A stretch of 64,000 nucleotides of DNA from Octopus vulgaris (Eukaryota): assembly GCA_951406725.2 (NCBI GenBank), contig OX597815.1, positions 107,074,001-107,138,000 of the forward strand, written 5' to 3'. Under the pieces are notes generated by a model. That model was not told the origin of the DNA, did no database searches, and saw nothing but the letters and a program-made list of their open reading frames with translations. Positions 25,601 through 41,177 of the stretch are shown in pieces. Position numbers and translations under genes: made by a program. The number at the start of each line of letters is the position of its first letter. Positions within the stretch are counted from its first letter, which is position 1.

Positions 25601-28600
25601 TAGAATCATTTCAAAATATAATTCTTTTTTATAGGTGTTTGTGCCATTACAGTTTATATCAATTTATCATTTATACATTTGGCACATTAAAAATTTTGCA
25701 CATTTTTTACACTATAGAAACAATTGGGATAAAAAAAAAAGAATTAAAAAAATCAACTATTTACGACAAATAAATATTAATGTAACATAGATGTTTGGCA
25801 TTACATCAACAATGATTAGATACTGAAAAAGTGTCAGATTTACATTAGGTTTCAACATCAATAAATTGAAACTATATTTCCAAAACAAAATTATTGTGGT
25901 TGAGATATTCAGTGACAAATTTTTATAGGTACTTAAGTATCTACATGGATCGCCTTAAAAATATGAAAAAAAAAACCCAAAAAAAACACCATAAATTTCT
26001 TCTTATAATGAATACATGAATAATTTTTTTATATTTCTGTAAAACTTGCTACTTTCTGTTTCTTTTAATCATTTATTTCTTCTAATAGGTCCTATGTACA
26101 CAGTAAAACTACATTTTAACCACCACAGCTAAAGTCATACCGGAGTACTGTACTTCAACATGACTTCAGTTGTGATGGCCAAAATATATTTATTTGTTGT
26201 TTTATTTTATAGTTTTTAAAGAAAAGCATTAGTGGAGTGTCAGAAACAATAGAGCAGTGGGTGTTTTAAAGTATTTAATTTTGTCCATTTACATTAGTGG
26301 GTGGCAGTAGTGGGAGGAGGGGAGGACATAGCCTACAAATGGGTTACATGAGTGTTCTCTGTGGAACCATGGGCCTTTAAAAAAAAAGGCCTGAAATGCA
26401 TTAGTGAGTCATTGAGCAATTAATGGCATTTAAACAGAATTATCTAATTTTTGCTAACATAAACATTGTTGGTGGTGGAAATTAGGAGATATGCAGATAT
26501 TTTTATAAGTAAGATAAGATATAATATACTGACAGATAGGCATATGTAAAACAATTCAAAAGTGGGCCATTATAAAAGAAGTTGCTGACTCATGATCTAT
26601 ATATTATAAGTGTAAATTCCACCATGGCTAATTTTGATTTTCGGCTCTCAGTGATTGATAAAATAAATATAAAGAGTTCAATTAATCTATTATATTCTTT
26701 CTCCACAAATAAACGGCCTTTTGATACCCACCCCACCCCCAAAAGAGCATTAATTCAGAATGAAAGAAAAGTTAATAGGTTTGTACTTCTGCTGATGAAG
26801 TCACTCACAGGCAGGCTTACATAAGCAGGATATGTATTATGTTCCAATTTTATCTTTTTTATAATCTAGGAGACATTTTATTTAAAACTCTCACAACTGT
26901 ACAAAAAAGAATTAAAGGAAAACATACTTTAAGTTGATGACAAATTGGATAATTTAAAAGCAAATTAACTTGAACAAATGACAAAAGTGACAAATAATTT
27001 TAGTAATTAATTTTTCTCATTATTTTGGAAATTCAAATTTAAAAAGTCTTTCATTTTACCATTCTGAATAAGTTAGATCAAATTTCTTGGATTAAATAAC
27101 CTTCTTTTAAAGCAAAGAATTTTACAACTTGGGATAATTCAAATATTTGTTGTGTAATAGAATTGATATTCAACTTCACAGTTTTTTAACAGCCTGTACT
27201 GGTAAAACTGTACTCATAAATACTTCAGGACCATATATATCATAATGCAATTGAAGTTAGAGGCTACTGCGAGTGGTCGAGGGGGAAAAAAAAAAGCATA
27301 AAGTTCTACAAAGATGTGGCTCTGAGGGGAAAAAGCAAAGTGTTTAGTATGGAGTCTAAGAGTATAAAATACATTGGTGATGACAAATAATGAAGTCGAT
27401 ATAAAATAAATAAATGTGTTAATGTGGATATGGTATACACAAGAATATCAGAAGATAGAGGCAGTAGTAGTAGTCTGAGAAAAGAAGATCTTGCTAGAAT
27501 GCTGGTGAGAGAAAAAGTTTGCATATAAGTATTTGTGTAAGTGTGTATGTGGGTGTGTTGCAGTTGGTTTCTTGATCAAAATGGGGTAGCAATACTTTTG
27601 TGTGAGGCGTATTTATTCTTCATATTGGATCAACAAATCATTAAGGTACTTTGTAGTTGTAAGAATGAAACTCAGCCTTTTCAAGTTTCTGCAATAGTTA
27701 ATTGTAAACAGTGAGCACAAAGGTTATTGTACATTTTATACCTTCTATTTAGCTAGCCTAAATAACACAAAAGTAGATAGCAACAAGAATTTTTGAATAG
27801 AAGTAGCTTCTCAACTGATTAGTTTTCATTCTAAAACTCTTAAAAGGACAGTAACCAAATTGGTGATGGGCTTATAATATACAAAAAGACAGTGATGCTA
27901 ATTGAATTCTCAACCCTATACAACACATGCCATATGAAAAACATATGTAGAGAACAATGATAATAATCAAAAGAGTAACTCTGATAATGATGACAAAGAC
28001 ATTGCTATCATAGAGGTAGTAATGGGTAATGATGATGATGCAAAAGAAAGTAAAAAAAAAGGGATTTAATAATTACCACACACACACACACACACACACA
28101 CACAAATAATGTACTCAATAAAGTGATTCAAAGTTATACTGATAATTCAACACCTTTTGAACATAAACTTTTAAAGTAATTATTTTATAAAATAAGATAA
28201 CAGTCCAGATAATTATCAACAAGTGAGAGTTTATGCTATGCCATTTACTAAAGACAAGCAATAAAGTTTCACTTAATTAGGCTAACATTGTTGATCAATA
28301 CAAAAATATTCTTTTATAGAATAACAAAGAAAAAGGGGAAAAAAAACATAAAAAAGAACAAAATATGGTTAATTTCATGCATTAACATTCAAGCATACAT
28401 TTATGTAATAGGCAAGACAAAGTTTTCACTATGTGAAAAATGTTCCTGATTAAAGGCCGAGAAAAAAAAATAACAAGCATAAAAAGAACAAAAGAGAACA
28501 ATTGGGAAATGAACACTAAATTCACTGGTGATGTTTGTATAATGAGACATGATGAAAATTAAAAGACTCATTGTTAAATATATTGAAATAGTGTTAAACA

Positions 28601-29199
28601 AGACCAGTGGATCCCTCTAATGACGTCCAATAAATAATGGGTTGTTGGTTTTCAAGAAACATTTTGATTAAATGGGAGAATATTTAATAGTGATCCTGAG
28701 GAGAAAAAAAATTATGATAGTATGAAGCTCACTTGAAACTCTATTGAGTTTGCCTACCCTAACAGCTTAAATATATTTCTGCTCACAAACTCAATACTAC
28801 AACACAACCACTCCTATCAGATTTGCTATCTAACACCTCTGGCAGCCCAGTTAACCCATTTAGTTGTGAGAAGTTAGACCAGGCCAGTTTAAATACTAAA
28901 GATTTGAAAAACCTCATCAATACCATTTAGGTTGACATCAGTAACAGACATATCCCATCAACCAACCATAAACTTAACCTCAAACTTGCTCGTCATAAGC
29001 TATTCATCTCCAACCTCCTAGAAAAATAACTAGGGCAAGCTCTGATTTCTTTAAATCCCAATACTTCATTTGAAATAATTCATTTAACATGCCTCTGACA
29101 AAGAGAAAGAATTTGGCTTTCCATTCAGGATATCTACACATGAGCAACTCAACAACTCTGGATTGCACTGATGTTATAGATCACACCAATCTAGATTAA

Positions 29200-29371
29200 C
29201 CCTTTAATATTTAGATTACTCTGTCAAATGCAATGCCTATTTATCCACAGTGTTTTGAATTAAACATGCATTACCTTGTAGCTTTCAGATTTTGATGATG
29301 TGATTATTTATAGAATGACATTGTTGGCTAGTTATGAGCAGTCAGATCAGGCCAGTTTAAATGGTGAAGAG
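29200..29371. mobile_element. piggyBac-type MITE, same family as 62734-62953
   Basis: TTAA-CCCTTT...AAGAG-TTAA ends. Shared interior (ttttgaattaaacatgcatta, tagaatgacattg). Confidence 0.75.
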
Positions 29372-32300
29372 TTAAAAATCTCATCAACACCATTTAGTAG
29401 ATTGACATCAGTAACAAAGGCATCTTTTTGCCATTAAAAACAGCAAACTTATCTTCTACCATCTCATGAAGAGATACAATTTTAAACAAACTTAAAATTA
29501 GATCCATTGTTTCCAGCTTAAAAAATCCTTATGCAAAATTTCTTGACTTTTTTCTTGGATCAAACCCTACACTACAAGCGTTCTCCAGACAGGTTGATAA
29601 TTTTGTTTGCATCAAAGGCTCCAACAAGTTGGCTTCATTATACTCAAAAACAACAGAAATGTTTTTAGCATAGAAATTTTCTCTCTCCATACTTCAAGGC
29701 ATCAATCTACAGACCAATCACATCACTTCAACATCTGTTTCAGTCTCACACTCTTAGGCATCCACCAATTCATGTCAATCATTGTGAACAACACATTACT
29801 GGTTTCTTTGATCATGTAACACACCTCAGTACTGTCAATGGGATCTGTTGAACCTGCTGGCTATCCCTATTATGAACTAGTTGGAGGACAGAGCACTAAC
29901 AACTACCATTCACAACACGAGGCAGTTGAGCAATTGCCTACAAGTTAAGAATGCACAAAATGAGACAGAAATTACATCAGGAGCACTATCTGGCTGGGCA
30001 TTTACACAATCAAATGAAAATACCCTCACAAATGTGTGTTGCTAGTTAACAAACACTTCAATAAATCCTAGAACAAGAACATTACTGTTACAATCAGAGC
30101 TATAGTTCAAAATAATGGGAACTAAAGGATCAAGTAAGTAAATCTTTGTTCAAACAATACAAATACACCATCAACTGCCAACAAAAATAAAGCAAAGCTC
30201 ATTGGCTAATTTAGCCATTTCTATTTGCTTCTGTAAGATGCAAACTTTAACCCCCCCCCTCTCTCTCTCTCCCTTGCATGCACAGCCTTTAATTCAATAT
30301 TTTTACAAAGAAAATTTGAAAAAACAGAAAAACCCATGGAAAATACAACCCACTTCACAAAGAGCATTGATATTCCTCATTCTAGACAAATTTTGTCCAA
30401 AATATTGAATTATCAAATGCTTTAAGGTAAAGCATAATCTTTGTTCTTTATATGATTACAAATATATGAAAACACAAATAGTGAATGCCAGATGAAGACA
30501 TCACTTAGGAAATGTATAATAGAGTAAAAACATTATTGCAGAAAAGTTACAAAACACAGTCAGAGGCTAGGAGAACAATGTTTTAGGTAAGAAATCAAAA
30601 TTCTGGTAACTGGAAGATGAGATCTTTTTAATTGTTTAAATTTAACTAATTATAGACCAAATAGCATACTAGATGCTACAACAAATTACATACCAGATGC
30701 TTAAGATCAACAAAATGAACAAAACATAATCATCATGAAGAAATTAACAAGTACAGCAAAATAATTAGAGTTTTACTTTTAATCCTTCTGTTTCAAAACA
30801 TAAACCAAGGATATATTTCTAACAAGCTAATGAACCTCCACAACTTGAAAAATGTTCCTTTTAACAGACACATTAAAAACCAGACTTCCATTGATTCTGT
30901 CTACCTTAACCATTTTCCATTGCTGATAATTAATGAAAAATAGCAAAATGAAATAAAATTCATGGTTCCTAAGATTTCAGCTAACATACAAATGACATTC
31001 TAGACAGTTTTTAGCAGACTAAATTTTCAGACTGACAAATCATTATCAGATCATTGATATTATGTACATCAATTCCCTCATTACTGGTATGGACATCTAT
31101 TTGTAAATAATGTTGTGTATACACACTCAGGCCCCAGTCAGTTGTACTAGAGACAGGGCTTTAATACAAGCTATAAAACTCTTGTGGTCAAAATCCTATT
31201 CAATACTTGTATTCTGAGAACAGAAAGAAGAGAGACAGATTTACAGACACTGATAATGAACTTAGAGTGGAAATTCAGGAAAGACTACCAATAACAAAAG
31301 ATAAATTAAATGTTTGATGTGTAATATAAATGAAAGTTTGTGTGAAAATAATCGAAATAAAATACTGACTGTTAGAACAGAACTCAAACTTGAAAAGTTG
31401 TGATGCAAATCATATTAAATGTTAGGAAATCATTTAACTAAAAGATTGTAAAGAACAAAGCTTGTGTATAGAAATGTAATCTAACAGCTGAGATAGAAGA
31501 GACTTTTCTCAATTGTCATTAAAGAAAAGCAAATTTAGGAACACATCCAAAAGTAATTTAGATTACTACATTTATTAATATTTTGTCTTTAACTTTACTA
31601 CTAATGATTTTTGAATTGTGTTAGTATCCTTAGAGTGTGCAATAAAAATATTCTTTGATTTTATTCTTCTATTAGGCTTTTATGCAGTTCTTTGTTTAAC
31701 TGATTATCAAGGACACAACATTTTAATACAACAGGTAATTACAAATGTTAAAAATAATGTTTCTCTGTATTGATTCAATACAATGCATCATCATCATGTC
31801 AAATAAATTGTTAACTTATTGCATAGAAACAGAAAAGAGAAGAGTAAACAAAAAGAATGAATGAACAAATAAGAGAATGTCAGAGCTGCAAAATATTTCT
31901 TACTTTGTAAGATAGAATAGGAAAGCTTCTACCACACCACTAACAACCTTTCAATGAGTTGAAAGACAATTTTATATCATTATTTTCACAATTCATAAGA
32001 TTCTTCCAAAGAGAATCTTCAATGAATACTATTAATACTATCAAACACAAATATAAGCAAATGATGATAATTAAAATAAAATGGTTAATGATTTGAAATA
32101 TATATATAAAATGAACAGCACAGTTTACCAATGTATTGAAAAATGCCATAATAATGATAATTTAAGATGATACTTATAAGCCAATTTCTTTTAAACTCAC
32201 TGACAACAATTTAAAATAAATTTCCTAATCAAATCAGAATGTTCAATAAAAAAGAAATAACCTGCTGATCTGAGTTTATATAAATCATCTATGTTATATT

Positions 32301-33289
32301 CTACAGTTTATTTTCACTAAAAATGAAGCCACAATGTTCACTATTGTTCTCTCAAGTTCAACTACCCTCAACACATTGAAATGTATCTGACTGCAATAAA
32401 ATACATATCACAACAAAAACATTAGAAACTAGAAAAAATCCTGACCATGTAATCAATATAATAGGATTATTAAGGTTAAAATCTCACAAGGTAGATTCAG
32501 TTATAGTATGTAAATCTTTTGGAGGGTCATCTTAAAACAATACTAAAGCAGTTAGCCAAAAAGCTGATCCTATATATTTACATCACCAACTTGTTTCTAG
32601 AGAGTTGCATTAAGATTGTTTAATAAAAATCTTTAATTTACAAAGAGATATAAAGGCTTGATGTCAACTACAATTTTGAGCTGGTATTTGGCCACATAGC
32701 CAGGAGTTCAATTTTGACTACATATGAAACTAATTGCTGCAGATGGGAAATGTATTTGATTGCAGATGGGTGATATAATTTGTTACAGTATATCATTGGT
32801 ATTGTTTTATCAATCAGATATATGAATGGTTAAATCCTTTTGGTGATACTTCACCACAGAATATAAGGAAATAACATTAAATATAGTACATTTAATCTAG
32901 TGCTCTCTTGTTTCTTCTCACTCCCTGTTGCTCATTTGCAACAACAAACATAGATTTGAGACTCTAAATCAGTTTGCAGACTAACAATATTTATCATTTC
33001 AACTTTAGCTCCAAGAAGGAAAAAGTAAAAGGAAATGCATTCATCTGTTAAAATTAATTACAAATAAAATATTGAAATGATTGAAATTGTACCCATCTTT
33101 AAAAAAAAAAACCCTAATGGAAAATAAAACAATGTATATGTTTTTAAAACTGCATCAACTTGCTTGTAACTGCAATACTGTAGCTGGATGACCTTGACCT
33201 TTAGTCTAATAATAATAACAATAACACTTTATGTTAATTGTCTACATTTGATAGAATGAATGCATGTTTGGTGCACCTCTTGGCAATTT

Positions 33290-34200
33290 GATGCAAGTTG
33301 GACAATGGAGTACAGAATCAAAGAGCTTTTACAAAATTCTGTTCCAAATTATGAAAATCGTTTAGAGACTTTTCTTATGTTGTAATAGGCCTTTGTGGAT
33401 TGTTTGAGCTGCACAGTTCAGGAATGGTATCAATATTTCAAATCAAGAAGGACATCCATTAAATATGATTCCAAATCTGGATGATCACATTGTAAATATG
33501 TGACTTGTGATTTATGAAAACTGCTACCTAAGTGTCTTTCCAAAGAAGAAGGCATCTGTAAAACTTCTTGCAACAATGTTCTTAAAAGAAAAACTGAAAA
33601 TATATTGCATTGCTGAAAACATAGTGCTGTGTCGTTTGATAGATGACCAAAAAAGAAGGCAAGACACAATCAGAAGTTATTTGATCTTTCAAATAAGTTT
33701 CTGGAAAGTGTCATAATAGCTGATGTAATGATACATGGGTGTATTGCTACCATGTTAAATCACAAAAGCAGCTGATGCCAATGTCAAACAGAGAGAGGGG
33801 AAAAAAAGCACATGTTGCTCAAATATGAAAGTGATGTTGAGCATAATTTTTTGATTGGAAGGATATTGTATATCATGAGTTTGTTCTATCAGGTTAAGTG
33901 ATCAAATAAGTTTTACTTGGCAGTTCTGAGCTGTTTAAAAAGAGGCAATGTAAAAGAGAAGACCTGAGACATGGATGAATTCTGATTGCCTACCACATTG
34001 GTTCATATATCACTCATCTATAACTTGCAACTGAACTCTTATCTCACAACTACCTTACACTCTTAAAGGTGACATCCACTATGGAAGGCCAGCTATTTTA
34101 GATAATAGAAGAGACTGAAAAAGATTTGCTACAAGAACTGTGCACTATCTCTGAAAACTTGTTCTAGGAAATGTTTCAACTGTTGAAGACACTATTTTGA
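33290..34200 (+). mobile_element. Degenerate mariner transposase remnant
   Basis: Broken-frame peptides resembling QEWYQYFKSRRTSIKYDSKSG (HTH) and SNMKVML..FFDWKDIVYHEFV. Ends not defined. Confidence 0.65.
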
Positions 34201-34224
34201 AAGAGACAAGTTGAATAAACTTCT

Positions 34225-35090
34225 ACGTAGCATTTGTTATCTAGAAAAGGCATTTGACATAGTTGGTGGTATAAAAAGAGTAGGCAATAACTGAATGGTT
34301 TATGAGAGTAGTGCACAAGAAACCAATCAGAAAAGCGAGAGATGGCAAACATGCAGGTAGGTTTAGTACATCTTGATTCTCAGCCCTTCCTTTCTGTTAT
34401 AGTCTCCAAGTCATGACAGAGGAGTTTAAGACTAGTCGTTCATGGGAATTCCTATTTGCTAATGGCTAATAACAGAGTAGAGAAGAAATTCCAGATGTGT
34501 AAGCAAAACTTAGAATTGAAAGGCAGCAGAATAAATTTGGCAAAGACAAAGAAAAAGGAGGTAGGCATTCCACACAAGGTGCACAATGTGCACAAGAGGT
34601 GTCCTGGCATCAAAGGTGACAGATGTACAGGAATAGTTAGCAGTCAGTGCAGTAGTAAAATAAATTCTTTCAATGCCTAAGAGGCTTTATAGAAGTAATT
34701 GGTAGCTTCTGTCATTAGAACCTAATCAGCAGGAGGGTACTCTGAAAGCATAGTGGCTGGAATAAGAACAGAGTATGAAAAGCTAAGGGAGCTATGACCT
34801 CTGTAGACAACAGAGGGATTACCTTTTCAAGTGAAGAGGCAGATTGTATGTTGCTTGTGTATGAAACGTGATGCTGCATAGACTCTAAAAGTGGAAGGAA
34901 GTTGTAGGAGAAGATCAAGGAAGCTATAGGCAGAAGTGGAAAAAGCTGATCTCAAGAAATCAAATCTCACAAAAAAAGATGACAAAATCTGCAGTAAATG
35001 GCAAGACACTATGTAGGAAAGAACCTATCCAATACATGTGATTATGGAAAAGGTTATCATGAAAATGATGAGGATTTTGATGATAATAAC
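34225..35090 (+). mobile_element. Degenerate RTE-like LINE 3' fragment
   Basis: LEKAFD-like and EEFKTSRSWEFLFANG (a decayed PWELLYADD) RT remnants. Ends in a (GAT)-rich tail. Confidence 0.6.
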
Positions 35091-38000
35091 ATGACCACTT
35101 GGCCCTTAGTTGAGGTTACTTTGTTATAACCATCAGAACTAGGTCTTTGGTCAGGATAATTCATTCCCTTTTTTCAGTTTATCAAAGAGGCTCTGAAAGG
35201 GTGTTGAGCATTGCTTTTCCACTTCTGACTATGCCATTAAAAAATAAAAATAGTATATGTGTGTATTTGTGAATGAGTGTGTCTGTGTATGCATGAGTAT
35301 TAGAAATATGAAGAATGGAAAGAAGTTAAGGTAATGAAATGAAACAATGGATTTTTGGTGTTAGGAAGGGCATCCAGCTTTAGAAACCAAGCCAAAACAG
35401 ACTACAGAACCTGGTAGGGCCCCTGGCCATGCCAGTTCCAGTCGAGCCATCCAACCCACACAGCATGGAAAATGGATTCAGATGTTGATGAAGGTGATAA
35501 TAGGAAAACAAAATACCCCTGCACTGATAGATGATTAAATGCAAATCAATTTGATGTTCTTATTTCATGAACAATACATTTCTTAAGTTTCAGCAAGGAA
35601 ATTAGATTAACAGTCTTACTGTCAAGAAGAAAAAAAAAACTTTAGTACAAGTAACTTCTGGAAAATAAAAGATCTGTATGGCCATACCACCCACGCCCTC
35701 TCTCAGTCAAAAGGTCTGTCTTGTGGGGTTGCGGTTCACATATAAAGCACTTGTACCAGTACTACATAAACAGCACTTGTGCTGGAGGCATCTGAGAGGC
35801 ACTTCTGCTGATGCCATGTAAAAGCACCCAGTACACAATAAAGTGGCTGGCATTAGGAAGGACATCCAGCTGTAGAAACCATGCCAAAACAGACAATTGG
35901 AGCCTGGGCAGTGTCCAACCCATGCCAGCATGGAAAATGGACATTAAATGATGTAGCATCTCTTTCAGTAATGCTGATCAAAATAATAAACCTAAAAAAC
36001 AATCAATATTTATATAATTTGGGCAGAAATTCCATTTGCAACACCAAGAAGTCATTACTCACCATATGTATTATGAAGTCTTTAGGCAGTGTTTGTAACT
36101 GGATATTGGCAACGGATTGGATCCTGTAACATAAATAAATACTCATGAATAAGAATAGAATCCCTTTTCTAATTTTAGATTTACATAAAGAGCTAATAAT
36201 TGAAGAGAGGCTGTAAATGTTAAAAAAAAAAAAAACTGAGTAATTCACTTTGAAAACGGCAGGTTCATTTTAAAACTGAAACTTCAAGATAATGTGTACA
36301 ATTGAAACAGGATAACAGTTGAAAGAATTGATTTGCTCCCTCCATGATATAGATCTACTCAGGTAGAACTGTTCAACCCTGTTCAGTAACACTAAACAAA
36401 GCATTAAGATAACTGTAACAATGAGCTGCTTCAAGATGATTGCTCAGAACTTTAATGATCTGGATGTACAACAGTAGGTTGTTGTTTAGCCTCAGGCTAA
36501 CCTTGATTGAGGAGTCCTCAGATCAAAAGGCATTCCAACAATGACTACACTATCTTTTTAAAGGTATGATTTGAGAGAATTCAGCTACCATTTCTAGAAG
36601 GTCAAGTGACCATGTAGAAGCTTCCTCTTTGGTTGATATAAATAGGTAGATCTGATTACTACTGTATATCATAAAAATTAAAATACTGAAGCAGATATAA
36701 ATCTACACTACCATTAAGTCTTTTGTTTGCCTGCATCTTCATGTCAAGTAAAATTTGTGCTGACTGGGGCCTCATATCTATTTTTTTAAGTGATCCAAAT
36801 TAAAACTTATCTAAACTTCATGTTAATTTATGCTTAAAACACCTAAATTCTTCATTATATAAAAAATTAATTGAAACAGAGGCAGTGTACTTCAACAGAA
36901 ATATGGTAACAAAAGGATTAACAATGAAGGAAACAGCACAATCTTACTAGTAACCCACAAATAGCAGTAAAATCTGTAAAATACCATAGATGCTTAGAAA
37001 AATAAAAGTTTACATTTTTTCTTCAATGGAGCTTCTAGAAGTAAAATAAAGGTGAAGGTGCATGCCCTGTTGACAGGATACAGCAATATTTTGTAGGGTG
37101 AGGGGCTTCAGAATAAGGTTTAAGTTACAAGTAAAAAAAAACTTCCAATAAAGTTTTAAAACTTTTTTTTGAATACATGATGCTATATACAAACTTTGTT
37201 CAAGATGAGGTATACAATTGGAGTGGGGGACATGAGGCAGAATTGGTCAAGAAACACTGGTCTACTTAATTACTAACATTTGAAAAAAAGTTAAATAAAT
37301 AAAAGGAATATTCAAAAAATACTTTCCAATAAATCATCTTAGATAAAACATAGTTCATTGCTTTTCTTTTTATTAACATTTTTTTATCTTCATCAGTTAC
37401 CAGCACACACATTTGGCTCTTAAAAACATGAGTTAGAACATGTGTTGTACAAATGTGTGCACCTCCTAATGTCAATAAGTTGAACACACATTTTTGAAAA
37501 CTTTTCCAATAAAAAATTAATAAATACATTTTGAACTAAAATATTAAGTATTTCATAGGTTTGAAAATTCTAAACTTTTGTATTAATTCACAAAAAATAA
37601 ACCATTATATACCCTTAGTGCTAAACTGTATAATAATGAAATAAAATGTGGTACAAGTATAGCTGAAAGTTGAACAGAAGAAAAAGACTTTTAGCCTGTT
37701 GAATCTACAGACCTAGCACCCAATAAATATTGTTTATACAGTCTACATGTATGTCAAATATCATTCAGTTATGATATGTAAGGTACAACTGTACAGGGCA
37801 AATACAGAGCCAGACAGTTTTGAAGTTCTGAGTTCAAATATGACTAGAGTTAACCCTCTCATTACTGACCCACCCATAGCCAGCCAAAAGAAGTTTTGGT
37901 TAATATAACCAAACCAACCAGAACCATCCAAAATGATATTCATATTTTTATGAGAATTTCAGCGCAAATCTCATTAGTACATTTGTGAAAACGTGGTTTC

Positions 38001-41000
38001 ACTATGTAAACAACTGACTTACACTGTCCACCATTATTGTATATATCTAAGTGCTGGGAATTTTTGGAAATTTTCCCCCATTTTTTCCCACTTCAAATTT
38101 CTGAAATGTTTCACTATGGACGGAAAATGGATACCAGTTTCAAGTTGTCAAGCAGCAAGTTTGAATTCAAAGTATTTTCAGAAGAAGACATACAAAAATC
38201 AAAGAAAATATTCAGCAAACATAAAAACCACTATCAAGAGTTAATATGTAAATTAAAAATTTACACAAAGTAATCTTTGTGCCAAAACAAATATTTGACA
38301 AACCAAGAAACTTACAGAATTGCCATCCACATACATTTTGCATTTTAAAATAGATATCCTTGTTCATATTGTTTAGAATAGATATATTTTCCCTCATAAA
38401 ATATTTGTGGTTACTACAATTTTTTTAAAATTTCCCAACAAACTTGTAAATCATATTATAAATAACCAAAACAAGGTAATACATAACTAACTTTAAAATC
38501 ACTTTAGTTATTTATCCATAATTTTCCATGAGTGAGTGAGATGGCCTGTATATTCAGAATTCAGCTATACAACAAATGATCAGGTTTTAAAATGCCTAAG
38601 GCAAGAGCAGTACGTCACAAAAGGGTTCCTACAACACCTTCAGGAGTCAAGGACACTCCCTACAACCATCTGGTATGCTATGATTAACTTGATCACTGTG
38701 TGAATAAACCATGCAATTATAACAGCCTACATGTTCCATCAGAACTAACTCAGGCTATGTACACAACGCACACATACATCTTTGGTTTTAGTAACTAAAA
38801 TACCAAGACACTAAATTATGAATAAATATGTATAGGGAGTCATATCCATATGTTTGATAAACAATATACATAATTAGATTATATATATATATGGATATAA
38901 CTCTGTATATGTTTTGATATTTATATATCACTACTGGCTTATGAGGATAGTAAGCACAATAACAACTTTGATGTATTTCTGTCTCATTACTAAAACTCTT
39001 CAGACACAGTGAGGTAAAGCAAAGCAACAAAAAGATTACAATCCTTTTATTAACAGAGTGTAAAGGATTTTAATAATACTGATTTGTCATATAATTAATT
39101 TTCTAGATTTTAATTTTTCCCTTTTGTTTTCATTTGCAAAGTTTCAGACAGGTTCAATATCTGATCATGATAAGATAGCCTATTCCTAAATATGAACATT
39201 GTCTTAAGAGTGGATTTGAACTCGGAGTCTGTACTTAAAATCTGACAGCTATTAATCCTACCATTAGATGTGTACTTTTATAAATCAAGCCTTTACAGTC
39301 AATAATATATTTACTGACTACCTATTTGACTCGTAGATACATTAACTAGATTTCAAAACAACTTAATTACTTATGAATTTATATTAAAGCTAATTTTTAA
39401 TTTATTGCAAACAGAGAATTGGTTATAAGTAAGCAATCAGCATACTTGTGCCAAAATATAAGACAATACCATTTCAAACCAACATTTACAATCTGACATA
39501 ATTAATAATGTAAAAACCATTTAATCATAAAATCTTGGATGAACTACTAATACGTATATTATGTGTGTGTGTGGGGGGTAGTTAATAATTTGCTTTGTAT
39601 AAACTGATCTAACTTATTTAGATTTTGTTTACTTTTTACACTATCACAATAACTCAACAATAAAGTTAAACATGAAAAATTGTTTCTATAAGAAAATGTT
39701 TTCCCAAGAATTATTAACAAGAATTATTATTCATTGGAGTACAGAAAAATATTTATTAAAACTAACCCTTGTTATAATGTAATTTAAGCCCTCAGTTAAA
39801 AATTTTAGACACATAAAAATAAAAAGTAAATAAAAAGTTGCAGTTATGTTCTTTTCTCAAATTATGGATTTTAATTTTACAAAACTGATTTAAACTTATT
39901 TTGATGTATTCAGAAAGCTGGAGGATTTTATACCAGCTTAAAATAAACATTTTTTTCTCCATCAGAAAAATATGTTTTCATATTAATTTACCTTAAACTA
40001 AGTAACAGCAATATTAGTTAATCATTTTAAATATATATCTTGTAGTATTTTTCTTTTGCTAAGATCAAAAAGCTTGTTTGGGGTAGTGGAAAACAAATGA
40101 AACATGCTCTGTATTACTGACACAAAAAAGATGAATAGTAAAAATTAAACTTGTTGAGATATGAAAGGATAAATTAAAAAGAACAAATGAAGGACTGTAT
40201 AAGACCACTACAGTACATTTGCATTGACTCATTTATTTTAACCTTCAGTTGGTACATTTCGAACATTTCAAATGTGTAATACATAGAATATTTCTAAGAG
40301 TGCACAATGAAAAATTAACACCATATGCATGTATATACATAAGGATATATGGCATTCAAAGGAAATAGAACACTCACTTTGTTAATTCATCATCACTATC
40401 TTAATGATCATTTTCTGTGCTAGCATGGGTTAGATAGTTTACTGAAATAGAATTTCTCTACCTTGATACCCTTTCACCTGCAAACCCCCACATAACCAGA
40501 CATGCTCACATAGAATATTGAAAATGATTCTGAGAAATTCACAGAATATTGCTAGTATGACAGCTACATTCGCAACTATCATGCAATATATAAACAAAGA
40601 AACATACACACAATTACATTTGTCCATTATGTCTATGAAGATGACCAGATTAGCAGCTTTGCACTTAGTGGGTCCTAGGGTGGTCTATTAGGCCAATATT
40701 GGCAAAAATCTATGATTATAGCTGGGGCATGTAATAGCAGAGACAGGACTTAGTGGGACTCTTGCTTTCTATGCAACCCTCCTCATTTTAGTTTGTCAGA
40801 CCAGTTTTGATTCTGAAGGCTGTACTTCAGAGAACCCAGCACTATGCCACAGTGAGTGATCTTGAGCAAGATACACACATACAACAGGCTTTTTTCAGTT
40901 TCCACCAACCAAATTCACTCTCAAAGTTTTGTTCAATCCATGGCTTAGGAAAATGGCACTTGCATGCTGTAGGTGCTGCATGCAAGTAGGCACTAAATCA

Positions 41001-41177
41001 AGATCATGTGACTGGGATGCAAACTTCTTAACTATATAGCTATGCTTGCACCTATATTAATTAATTAGTTGAATAACATTCCAAGAAATGTTTCTAGCGT
41101 AATGTATTTTATACTTAATCTCTGTCATTTTTGGGAGACAGCGAAGTATATGTTTAAGTGCGAGAGTGGATGCATAT

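Noticed and set aside
37850-38244. Possible TTAA-flanked MITE (also 13410-13650)
   Set aside because: Terminal inverted similarity is too weak and there is no second copy in the window.
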